Assembly (NCBI GenBank): GCA_023213395.1
Contig: CM041465.1
Span: 28,155,741-28,219,740 of the forward strand
From: Cycas panzhihuaensis
Lineage: Eukaryota; Plantae; Cycadophyta
DNA length: 64,000 nucleotides
Direction: 5' to 3'
Shown piece by piece: positions 1 to 19,026 of the stretch. The position numbers and the translations under genes are program-made. The notes under the pieces are model-generated. The model saw only the letters and a program-made list of their open reading frames with translations, did not search any database and was not told where the DNA came from. Within the stretch, counting starts at the first letter, position 1. Every line of letters starts with the position of its first letter.

Positions 1-28
1 CTCCCTTCTTGGCATCCCAAGATGGTTG

Positions 29-40
29 CGGTGGACGCCA
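29..40 (-). other. Primer-binding site of a Tat-like gypsy element (tRNA-Lys-like)
   Basis: The minus strand reads TGGCGTCCACCG, 1 nt after the LTR's CA end. It resembles the Tat-type tRNA-Lys PBS TGGCGCCCACCG with one mismatch. The element continues off the left edge. Confidence 0.65.
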
Positions 41-41
41 T

Positions 42-2575
42 TGCTACGGGATAACTACCTAAGCGATAGGTGTAAGAGAGGGTGAGTGGTGGAATGATGG
101 AAGGTGGGACCTAAAGGTGGGTAACTACCACGCAGGCGCCCGTCTTGTGGAGCGAGTTCGGGATCTGCAATGGAGTATGGCTACTATCGGGTGACCCTTC
201 ACTGCTTCGAGTAAGGGGTGAAGGTGCGTAAGGTAAACCTGAGTTAACCTGGGAATAGGACCCTCCCACCCTTGGGTGGCCAGAAGGGGGGAAGAGAAGG
301 CCTAATGGAGACAGGCCAAGAGCAATCCTACACAACCCAACCTGATACAAGAGTGATGCTGGAAGCAAGGCACTCGTGCGGTTAAAGGGCGAAGAGGAAA
401 GGCAGGGGAGAGAAGGACTCCTACAATCTTCCCTATGAATGATAAAGATGCATGAAATAAGATAAAAGAATCGCAAGCAAGTACCGAACCAATTTTTCCC
501 TTTTAATCCTTTGATGTACTAATTACTACGAAAGAAATAAAAGGAAAAAGAAAGGGTAGCGGAGGGGAACGAATGTGCACCTGGAGCGAAGGTGTGCGAG
601 ACGAAGTAACCTTCCCGAGGGGCGTCTAACCACTCTGCACGACGTACTGGATGCGAGGTATTACGATGGACGAAGAGGGGGCTTCCTTACCTTCCCCGGA
701 AAATCAAATGCAAAACCAAGGAAGAAAAGAAGCACCAACTAGGAATGAAATAGCATGAAAACATAACACATATGAAGGTGCTTACCGGTAGCTAGGCCCA
801 CGGGCGATGCGCTCCATGCTCCCCAAGTACCTGCAAACAACAGCGGTCTCTTTCTCTTCCCGACGGAAGAGCACTAACATGCAACACAAAAACTCTAACA
901 ATATATGGCTAAATAAGAGCGAGAATTTGAATATACATGCGTTAGTACTAATCTGACAATCAAAGTATCAAAAGAAAGTGACCAAAGTGAAAGTAAATGA
1001 CTGGGTAAGCCTTGGAGTGGCCTACCTCCCGCAAGTGATTCCCAAACCTCCCCCCAAGAGCCACGAGGCAGCGAGGGGAAAGTCAAGAACAAGAGCTGGA
1101 AAATGGCAGCAAAAAGGGGCAAAGAAAGGCCCAAGGGAACCCACGGCAAACCGGGATGCTATGAGGAGCAAACCGGGTGACCCGGGGAAGAAAGGTGAAG
1201 CAAGGAACCATCAGTTGGGACTTATGTGTGATGCCGGACCCAGCAAAGGCCCCAAATCAGCGGCAACATGTGACACTGGTTTGGGCAACCAAGGAACCTT
1301 CAAACCCTTGTTTGAGCCAAAGGCAAAGACGGAAGCAGAGGGAGGTTTTGGGGGCTAAGATCCGCCTGGGAGCGTGGAAGGTGGTACGGAATCCACCCGG
1401 CTCCTCTCCAAAACCTATGCAACCTCCACACCGCCTTGGACAAGCGCAGTAAGAAGCACGGGGAGAGTGGTATACTTGACCCCCAAAGGGAGGACAACCA
1501 ACCCTCAAGCAACAAGTAAGAGCAAACGAGATGAAGCATGAAATTCACAAGGAAAACAAGCATAAACAAGGAATACCTGGAGAGAAGAGGCAAGGGATTT
1601 GCCTCAGCCAAAGCGTGCGGAAAGGGCGATAAATTAGCCCAGATCAAGTAGAGCGGGTTTGGGTCCCTTTCTGGAGGTGTGACGGAAACACCTATACTTG
1701 GGGCGCTTATGGATGCCGGGTGAAGACCGACACCACTTCAAAGGAGCCCTCTCCAAGGCGTTTGAGGAGCTGGGAGAATGTCTCAGCCATGCCGAAGGAG
1801 AGCTGGGTGCTGTATGAAGGGTGCAGTCCGATTGATGCAACAAGCAATGAGAGAGAAGCGAGCGGAGAGTGTTTCCTTGAGAGCAATTCCAAAAGTGAGC
1901 AAAAGATCCTTGAAAATGAGCCAAAAGGGCTTAAGTACTCAAGCAAAACCCTAAAGCGTGCGATTAGGGCTGGCGGAAGAGGAATAAAGCGCGAGCCACG
2001 TGGCGCTTCGTAATAAATGCGAAATTGCCACGGATTTTAAAAAATAATGCAGACAGTCGTCTGGCCGGAATATTCGGCATCGCGAATATTCCAGTCTGCG
2101 AAAAAAACGGTGATGCACGCACCTAGAGCGAAAACTGGGGCCCACCAACCACCCAGAGTTAGGCGGGGCAACGAAAAAGGCTGACATAACGCTAAAACAC
2201 CTACCCGGAAGTAAATAAGCCAACAAAACGGGTCCAAAGGAGCAAAAATAGGGCTCAAGTGGGGTGGCAAGTTGACCAAACGATGATGAGTCATCACACC
2301 AGTGAGGTGGCGCAAACCTAGTGGATCCCGGAGCGAGGAGGCGGATCACGGGAAGTAATACGGTCACCAGGGTGCCACACTCGCTGGGAGTGTGCCCCTG
2401 CTATAGTTTTCATAGGCTAAAATAAGTGTGGACGACCACAAGGTCGCCCACAAAGTCATACACATGCAGATACGCAAGCAAACATCCAGTAAAAGAAAGC
2501 GATGAAAATGCAAGAGACATACCTGCACTTACCTGAGTCAGTGATTCCGTATCCATTCCCGGAAGCCGGGAAACA
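42..2575 (-). mobile_element. 5' LTR (~2.53 kb) of a young Tat-like Ty3/gypsy element
   Basis: Minus strand TGTTTCCCGG...CCCGTAGCA termini, followed by a PBS. Colinear homology with 42833-45411. GC/CpG-rich compared with the flanks. Confidence 0.85.
1925..2300 (-). promoter_or_regulatory. Putative U3 promoter of the Tat-like LTR
   Basis: Telo-box AAACCCTAA 1946-1954, G-box GCCACGTGGC 1995-2004, TCP-like GGGGCCCACC 2137-2146, GATGAGTCATC 2285-2295 and a TATA-like TACTTAAG near 1930-1937. All recur in the second copy (G-box with one change). Confidence 0.5.
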
Positions 2576-3499
2576 AGGTACAATCAAGAAGTTTATTAAT
2601 ACAACTAGGAAGTCTATAGGTGTAACCAGAGAACCTCTTAGTGTGACTAGACTCGTAGACTGTGACTAGTAGGTGCAACAAAAAAATGACAAAATAGACG
2701 AAAAAATAAATTTTAACAGAGGAAAAGGATTTTATTTGGCACAAAAATTTAGGAGGATGATTTTACATGTGTCATCTCTCTAATACAAGAAAGAAACTAA
2801 GATGTAAATAGATTTAAATTAGTTTTTCAACTGATCAAAATGTAGGTTAAAGAAACTAAAATAGAAAAACTATTTTTAGAAGAAATAAGTATGGTAGGGT
2901 TTTAAATATGCTTGGATCTATTCAAAAATCAGAGGAATGACACCTAACAACTATAGACATAAAAAATGAGTTATAATCATGGGGAATAACTTAGAGAAGC
3001 TTCTCAAATAAGAAAAATGGATCCAAACTAAAGACTGCATAAGAGAAACGAAGGAAAATAGAGGTGTAGAGGAAAAATAGATGGAAGGAGTAGAAGAAAA
3101 GTTCCCAGATTTGTTCATAGGGCATTGAAGAAGCCTAAGAAGGCTCAAACATATCCAAAGGAGAAAGAAAACTAGCTGTAACAGTCTAAGGAAGATGCCC
3201 ATGTAGAAATCTTCTTCAAGAAAGGGTTTATGGCTGAACAACAGCTAAATCTTCATACGTAGATCACTGGTAAAGGTACTAGAGAGTATGCAGTATCCCA
3301 AAATATGCCCAACACACATTCCTCTAGTCCCAAATTACTATAACAGTCCTATTCAAGCTCAGTAGAGTACCAAAATGTAGAATTTAGTAAGGAAAAATCA
3401 AAATATTTTTAAATATAATGTATCATTATTGTTTATTGTTCTGAATTTATTTCAATTAGACTAAGTCTTTACTTTTCCATTTAAATTTAGATCAACAAT

Positions 3500-6363
3500 C
3501 CAATATGTAATAGAGACATTTTTTTCTCTTTATCATATATTTATTCATCTATATTATAATTTTGTTTAATTTTCTATCCATTAGGGAGTATAAGGAGTAG
3601 TGAGCTATCTATAAATGCTATGAGTTTTATAAAAATTAAAAAATTCATTCAAGACATATTCTTCTCCTCTATGTCCTAAAGATTTTTATTCTATCTCCAT
3701 TTTTTAATTCAACTTGAGCTTTAAATTATTTAAAAATATCAAAGACTTCTAATTTATTAAAGATAAAAAACACCCAAACTTATCTACTACAGTCAACCCA
3801 ATAACATTAATAGAATTTGGTGTAATTAGTTCATATATATCATAATGAACCTGTTTTAGTTTTTCTTGTGCTCTCTACTTTCCTTCTTCAAATGATGCGC
3901 TATGTTATTTTGCCATCATATAACTTTTGTAAATAGAAGAATTTATTGTAATGTTAGTTGGTAATCCATTAACTATATCAAAGTTTTTAAGCATTTTTAA
4001 TCTATCATTTGTAATATGTCCATACTAAGAATGCCATATTTCATTATTAATACTTTAAGTAGCATAATGTTTTAAAGAAAAAGAAATAATTAGACTAGAG
4101 AGTAATTTATAAAGATTATCGGTCTCTATACATTTAGTAATGACATCACCATCTTTTTTTTGTCATAAATATAATATTCTCATATTACTGAAGATGACTT
4201 GGGGCTTTTTCCTTTTTAATTGGGATATAGATAGAAGATTTTTTTAAATCATGGAATAAATATAACATTACCAATCTTTTTCACTTCTTGATTGATTTTA
4301 AATATAACAGTTCCTTTGCATTTAATTTATAGAGAAAAATTATCTCTAACTTAAATAATTTCATTTACGAAATAAAGATGAAGAGTCTTAAACCAATCCT
4401 CTCTGTTAGTCATATGATTTGAGACTCTAGAGTTTATGAACAAATCTTTATTACTTCAAGTAGAAGAGGTTAATATAGTAACATAATAAGTTTTCTCTTC
4501 TTCTTTATCTTTAGATTACTCATTGTTGGAGTTGCCTTTCATAAGTTTTCCCTTAGAGATTTCACCTCTTATATGAAATTAATTTCTTGAAAGATGTTTA
4601 AATCTTCCATAGTAATAACAAGGATAAGTTTCTACTAATCTATAGTCAATAGCAAAGTGTCTTGTGTTGCCACAATGATAACATACCTAATTATATATTG
4701 ATATTCCTCTAATAGGTCCTAATCTTCCTCTACTTGCCCTTATATCTACTAATCTTACTCTTATGGTTCTACCTCTATTATAATATCATTCTTCAATCTT
4801 GAGTCTAGAGAGAAATACTTCTTAAATTTTAGTTTTGTTAAGTATCCTCCCATGGTTAGCAATACATAAGCATTTAACCTCATGGTTAAGGTGAAGAAGG
4901 TTAATGTTGATTATTTGATTACATGGTTAAGGTTAATAAGGTTAATATCAATTATTAATTTGTGTGCATGAGCCATATATCTCTACGAATGAGATTAAAG
5001 GTTATATGGTTCACCAATAGGATGTTAGGAAAAGTAATCACTTTTATTTACTTATGGACAAATATTTATAAAGAGATCTCATATGTTATAATCTTGTCTT
5101 ATAAGATTACACTTGCATTCATCTTATCTCTTAGTGTCTTTTAAGATTTATGGTACTTTTCTCTCATGCTTTTGATGTAATTTGAGTTATTGAAGTGTTA
5201 ATAAAGATTTATTATGTTCTCTTTATCTTATTAGTTTTAACTAGTATGAAAATTACTAGTTAGATTTATATTATGGTATCAAAGTGAGGTGTCTAGATCT
5301 ATCAAGACCGTTTAAAATTTTTAAAAAAATATTTTTTTTCCTTAGTGATTTTTAAAACCTTTCCTTTTAAGTAATTTCATTTTAAAATTCTAATCAATTT
5401 TGTTACTTTATATTAGTTAGCTACAAGTTAGCACCATAATCTAAGTCCTAAGTCCCACCCTCCATTCCCTTAAATTCTAGGTAAAGACCTTAGGGGTCTA
5501 TAAAAGTCAAAGGGATCTATTATTTCTAGTTAATCATAATTGGGTATACACCATTATGTGAAGTGAGCTATGGATTTTAATAATACTTAGGCCTTAGATA
5601 GAACCTATCTATAAAATTGAGTCTCCAAGTACCTTTGGGTATATAAAAGGATCCTTATAGGTTCCCTTACTAGCTTATCATAGGAATATTATCGACTATT
5701 TACCCCTTTGTGATGTATGGGTTCATAGTTAACACCTAAAGGTTACCTTGCTTGAACATCCCTGTATGACTATAGACCCTATAGGTACAAATATTCTTGC
5801 ATAAGTAGTACCCTAATATATTAGGCCAAGCTATAGTAATAAAAGAGAAGTGTATTTTAGGGCCTACAAATCTAAACACTCCTTTATTAGAGTCTATTAG
5901 ATCCCCTTATCACTTATATAACATTCATTATATAAGAATTCTATAAAATGATCCTAAGATTTTTATACTTCTATTGATACTATTGAAGAACTGCTACAAT
6001 TTTTTTATTATAAGATTAAAGAAATAATTATGAACTATTATTAAATTTATATTAGAAAAAATACTACTTATAAATGCCACTATAATCAATAAGGTGATCA
6101 TATAACAAAAAAAAAAAAAAAGAGTAACAAAACTATAAAATCGAAGCACTTATTACATTTCTATAAAATTTGTATAGTTTAGCTCCTAAGATCTTTTAGT
6201 ATAGTCAATATCTAGAAACACATCATTAGAGATCTTGTGTAAACCTTTAGTATTATCTGTGTCCTATCAAATCTATATCAGAGTCAATATTCACTTCACT
6301 TGAGTTTAACCTATATCAGAGTTAATATTTAGTCTAGTTTAATTTAGTTCTTTTGACCCTTAG
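3500..6363. repeat. Duplicated block (copia INT/AP/gag fragment + gypsy LTR + PBS + 5' UTR), copy of ~6611-9472
   Basis: Colinear diverged homology at an offset of ~3.1 kb, including the same copia/gypsy insertion junction (agttt|tgttaag at 4831-4842). Confidence 0.85.
4836..5273 (+). mobile_element. Duplicated chromovirus LTR followed by a Met PBS
   Basis: Homologous to 7995-8391 and 14555-14951. PBS TGGTATCAAAG at 5274. Internal ~40-bp duplication at ~4881-4960. Confidence 0.8.
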
Positions 6364-7994
6364 ATTTTGTATCTACATAATGATAAGCTTTAGGTTTGAT
6401 ACTATATCCAATCATAATATACTTAATGGTATTATCATTTGATTTAGTCCTTTCTTTATTTAGAATATGCACATAGGTAATACTTCCAAAAAATTTTAAA
6501 TGACTTACATCAAGTTTCCTACCTATCTACACTTCTACTAGAGTGACTTTATCAAGGGCTCTTGTGGAACTTTTGTTTATAAGCTAAATAATTATATTAA
6601 TAAATTTATCTTAATATGCATTAGAGATATCCTTCTCCTTTCTCATACATTTGGCAATTTGTGTTACAGTTTTGTTTAATCTTATATCCACTCCATTAGA
6701 TTGGGGAGTATAAGGAGTGGTGAGTTATATATAAATACCATGAGTTTTATAAAAATAAAAAAAATTATTTAAGACATATTCTCCTCCTCTATCTATCTTA
6801 AGAATTTTAATTTTGTGCACACTTTCTAATTTAACTTGAGCTTTGAATTCTTTAAAACAATCAAAGACTTCTAATTTACTAAAGATAAAGAATGCTTAGG
6901 TTTGTCTACTAAAATCATCTATAAATGTAAGAAAATATCTTGTTCTATTAGTATAATTTGGTGTAATTGATCCATATATATTACTATGAACTAATTCTAG
7001 TTTTTCTTGTGCTCTCTAGTTACTTTCTTGAAATGATGCTCTATGTTGTTTTTCTATCATACATCTTTTATAAATAGAAGAATTTATTGTAATGTCAATA
7101 GGTAATCCATAAACCATATCAAAACTTTTAAGCATTTTTAGTCTATCATCTATAATATTTATATATTGAGAATTCCATATTTCATTATTAATACTTTGAG
7201 TAATAAAAGTTTTTACATAAGAGGAAAGAATAGGAGTAGAAACTAATTTATAAAGATTATCAGTCTTTATCACTTTAACAATGACATTACCACCTTTTTT
7301 CACGTTAAAAATATAACATTTTCTATCTTCATAAAAGATGAGTTGAAGCTTTTTCTTTCTTAATTGGGATATAGAAAGAAGCTTTTTCTTTAATCTTAGA
7401 AAAAATAGAATATTCCCAATCTTTTTTAATTCTTGATTGATTTTAATTGTAGTAGTTCCTTTACCTTTATTTTTCAAAGAAAAATTATCTCCAAGTTCAA
7501 TAGTTTTGTTTATTGAATAAAGATGAAGAATCTCAAACCAATCTTCTTTTTCAGTCATATGATTTAAGGCTTTAGAGTCTATGAACTAGTCTTTATTACT
7601 TCAAGTGTAAAAGGATAATACAATGAGAAAGCAATTTCCTCTTCTTCTTCATCTTTAGATTACTCATTATTTTAGTTACATTCCATATATTTTACCTTAG
7701 AGATTTTAGTTTTTCTAAAAAAATAATTACTTGAAAGATGTCTAAATACTCCATAATAATAATAGAGATGAGTTTCTATTGATCTATAGTCAATAGTAAA
7801 GTGTCATGATCCACCGCACTAATAACATACCCAACTATCTATTCATCTTCCTCTAGAAAGTCTTGATCTTTCTCTAATCAATATGTTTCTTCTTGGCCTT
7901 ATATATTTTGATCTTTCTCTTATGGTTTTATCTCTTCTATAATCTTATTCTTCAATCTTAAGTCTAAAGAGAAATCCTTCTTCAATTTTAGTTT
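6364..7994 (-). mobile_element. Degenerate Ty1/copia: gag C-terminus, protease, GAG-pre-integrase, integrase
   Basis: ORF 7016-7558 is post-protease to GAG-pre-integrase sequence (LLSISQL, NLYKL, MVYGLP...C..EKQHR). Integrase core remnants lie at 6400-6960. Confidence 0.85.
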
Positions 7995-14951
<6,957 letters not shown>

Positions 14952-16423
14952 TGTTTCTTCATCATATCTTTATATCCCCTTCTCTTATTGAAGAAGATAT
15001 CCACACAGAATATCAAATGATATATTACAAGCATGTCCTCCTATATTGAGTGTGTTTATTAGATTATTAAATAACTTGGACAATTTATTATGTACTAAAT
15101 GAACACTTCTTATGACTAATATAAGCCCACCTATAGATATAAGACTATCTTTGAAATTTACCAATTTAGTAATAAAATCAAAAACTTGTTCACCCTCCTT
15201 TAAATAGAGCTAGTATAGTTGTTCTCTAAGGGTAATAATACAAGCTTTATTTTCTTGATTGTATAAGGATTTAAGAATTTTTTAGGCTTCAATTGAGGAG
15301 GGGATTTCACTTAAATAAGTTAAAATGCAATCACTTATATATAGTATAATGATTTCCAATGCATATCTATTACTTTCCTCCTAATAAGTAAGCTTTATAA
15401 AATCTATGGCAATTGCTTTTATTTCTTTCTTAGTGACTATATCCCATACATTTTTAACAATTAAAAAGCTCTTCATTTTAATTCTCCAAGCTATATAATT
15501 TTATCTATTTAATTTATCTAACTCTCTTAATGACTAAATATAGGCTATTGATTAAGAGTCAACAAAGAGAACTACAAAAAACTCTTTTTTTTTTGCTATA
15601 GGAGGTAAGAACTGTATGACCATTTAGTGATATGAAAAAAAAAAGTTATATGGTATTAAAAAAAGATCCCCTCAAAACTTATATCTTTTCACTTTCTATT
15701 AGAATCTATAAATAAAATTTAGATTAGAGTTTTCATTTAATAGAAAAATGACCTAGAAGTATAAGGGGTGACTAGGTTTTAAACTACATTTTTGTTCATA
15801 ACTCAAAAAATTCTTAAAATCTCTTAGTAATCTTGTACTTCATAGAAAGCTTATGCCCTAAGAAAAATTTCAAGACCAATTACAGTGACTAAAACTAAAA
15901 AAATGAGAGAAAATAATAAATGAAGTTCTAAATATGCATCCTTGCTTTTCTATGATTTCTTACTTAGAGACAAATTCATAGTCGACTCTTTAGGACAACT
16001 GACTCTATTTAGCAAAAAAAATTACTAGTAAAATTTTATGATACTTTGATCACATAAGACTATATAAACTCATATAGATGTTCCATATAGGGTCTTATGA
16101 AGTTGTCTTCCTTGGAAAAGAATTTGTTTTAAGCCCTAGTCTCTTTCTTATTATGATTTCTTTTCCTCCTAAAAATAATTTATGTTTAATATCCCTATAA
16201 GACCTATTATTATACCATGATGAAAAAAGAGACTAAATTTAAAAAGAGAATGATCTTACTTGATTGATGGGTGAAAGTTTCCCTCTCATATAAATATAAC
16301 CAATTTACAAAAAAAGACCACTACATGTATGTCAAGTGTCATTTTAAAATAGAATAGGGGTTATATCATGTGATCATTGATTATACATAATATCCCCCTT
16401 AAGTAAAAACATAGGATATAACA
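14952..16423 (-). mobile_element. Remainder of the host copia: gag N-terminus, 5' UTR, degenerate PBS, 5' LTR (16218-16423)
   Basis: Gag continues across the gypsy insertion (DEET|KIEEGFLFRLK, cf. EEVGIEEAFICKLKL in ORF 54822-55199). PBS remnant ends at 16217. The LTR shares motifs with 56306-56524. Confidence 0.7.
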
Positions 16424-19026
16424 TTAATATTCTAATAGTAGTTCAACCTTGTGACTCAATGCTTGTATGGAGAATAGGGCCACAATGAATCTAACATGTC
16501 CTTTATGAAGTATTTTTCTCATATTTTCTATAGGTATGACCCTTGATTTTGGGTAGTTAATTCCATTTATCTCATACTTCCTTTTGTCCTAGCTGAATCT
16601 AATTAAGTTTCCATCATGATCTAATGCATAAGTTCCTAGTGTCCTTAACTATTTAATTCCCAAGGCTATATCAAATCCACCAATATAAAAGGTATAATAA
16701 TCTATTAAAAATTATAGTTGTTGATATGCAATTGCTAATGCTTGACCTCACCTTGGAATTTTAAAGCTTGTTCCCTAAGGGGTAAGATACTATTTTTTTC
16801 TCTCCATAATTAGTCCTAACTCTATAGCTACTCTAGAGTATGAAATTATAAGTGATCCTTTGGTCAATAAGAATGAACACCTTTCTTTCATTAAGGTATC
16901 CTATAAATTTGATGGTATTAGGTAAGTCTATTTATAATATGGTTAATACATATATATTTTGTTGGATGTTATCTAAATCCTATTCAGTAGGCATTTATTC
17001 CTCTATTAATTCTTGCTTTGGGTCATATTAATATTCTCTTTCTTTGTCATCTCCAATGCTAACCTCTATGCTATATAATTTCTTTTCTATGCACTATTAC
17101 CTCTTAACCTAAGATTTGTTACAGGTATGACTTATATCAATTGTTCTTTCCTTAGGTCTCTTTATCTCTCTATCTTTTTATGTTGCTCTTATTGACTCAT
17201 TGACACTAGAATCCATGTATTACTATCCCTAAAATCCTTGACTACTTGGTCCTATTAGTTTATATTTAACTCAATAGAACATTGTTTAGGGCCTTCTTTG
17301 AGTGGTTTAGATACATGATTCAATTTACACACTAATCTAATAGCATCACTTAAGGTGCCTATTTTAAAATGATAGACATCTTCTCAAATTTTAGGCTATA
17401 GATTACTAATGTGGTATGGTTGTACTTCGTTAAAAATATTTGCAACTTTAAAGTGGAGTTTCTATAATATGCTTATATATTGTTTAACTAATTATCCATT
17501 TCAAAAATAGTGTTCCAACTGGACATTATAGAGATCACTCTAATTATCTTATATGTATTCCTTAAAGTCTTCTATAAAGTATTTGAAATTGTGAATTTTC
17601 CCTCATCTTTTCTATAGTATAGTATATATGTACATAGATCCTATAAGATGGTCTATAAAGAACTTAATTTGTCCCTTGGTATCACTAATATGAAGTGAAT
17701 CTATGGAATTTTCTATTTATTTTAGCCACTCTTTTGCTTTAATTTCACCATCCTATAAATATATATGCATTTTAAAATTATGACAAAAAATAAATGGTTA
17801 GAAATCATCATATCTTTTATATTCCTTATGATCTTTATATCATCTTTTATATTTATTTTGATACTCCTAATTACTATTTCCTTTTAGGCCCTTTATGCAT
17901 ATATGCTCTCTGGGATCTTTTTTCGTATTCACTCTCTCTAATTATTGAAATCTTTGATCTATATACTCTAGGAGTTTAGTGAAGCCCTTCTCAATTTTAT
18001 CCACATACTTTTAGAGATCTTCTCTAAGGATTTCAATCTCTTCAATGTTACAATTCATTTTTCTAGTAGGTTTAACAATTCCAAGTTTCTAATATCTTGA
18101 GTGAAAATCCATTTTTGTAAATACCATAGTAACTTCCTCAATCTCTTATAGAATTTACTACCTTAATTTAGTCCTAAAATCTACCAAATTATAAATTAAA
18201 ATGAAGGTCTCTAAACCAAGATTCCAACTATTTAGACTAAATTAAATTCTAATACTTATAGCAAAATTTATAGCCCTTTTAAAGTGGGTAACAATTTAAG
18301 ATTTAGGGGATTATAGTAGTTTGACCTACTAAATTATTTATAAAGTTTTACTTTGATATCCAATGAAGTTAAAACCACTTTTGAAATAAAGTGGACTTTA
18401 AGATGCATAGACTTGATAAATATTTCAGGTCAATGAAATACCTATATCCTAAGTTATGTTTATCCAAATTTATAGTAGCAAAATTTAGGCCCTAAAGAGA
18501 GTAATAAATAGTAGGCTCAAATTATTTTTCTTATAATTTTCATAATTTTACCGCAAAGCCTATAGCATAATTGCTTAAAATTTATAAAATGAGTCTATTC
18601 ATCTCAAAGTTATCATTACTTTTCTAAAATTTATCTATTTCAAGTTCCAAAAATTTAGATCTTTGATAACCCAAAGAAAGAATATCTAATACCACCTAAA
18701 GTAATCTCAAATTAGATCTACTTCATCAAATAAGAAGAAAGTTGATAAGAAACATAAAATGAAGCCCTTAAGAGCCTAATGGTCAGTAGACTCTAAATGA
18801 ATTAAGTAAGAAAATATGACTTATAAATGAATAATAATTCTCTATTTATAGGTTTCAAAATTAATCACCTTTAAAAAAACCAACTTCCTAATAATAATAA
18901 AGCTAATTTCCAGCAATAATAATAAGATACCTACTCTCTAATAATAATAAAACAAACTTCAAATAGTTAAAATTAATAGTTTATCATATTTATGTTTAAC
19001 TTTCATAATTGTATTAGATCACAACA
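16424..19026 (-). mobile_element. Truncated Ty3/gypsy: 5' LTR (~18364-19026), PBS remnant, gag, protease
   Basis: Minus-strand translation gives KVFILIDQRITYNFI and GGFDIALGIK*LRTLG (protease region). PBS-like TGGATATCAAAG ~18351-18362. TATA box at ~18842-18850. Confidence 0.7.

Noticed and set aside
111-2367. Many overlapping ORFs (up to 230 aa) in the two GC-rich LTRs, including 42846-45372
   Set aside because: Frames, starts and stops are not conserved between the two homologous copies and no domain is recognisable. This is expected in GC-rich non-coding DNA.
2556-2575. Helitron-type 3' hairpin
   Set aside because: There is no CTRR end. TG...CA termini, a PBS and a 5-bp TSD indicate an LTR.
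16390-16402. PPT-like AAGGGGGA suggesting a shared LTR between gypsy and copia
   Set aside because: A TGTTAT terminus at 16423 gives an LTR length (~206 bp) similar to the relative at 56306-56524, so the tract is more simply internal to the LTR.
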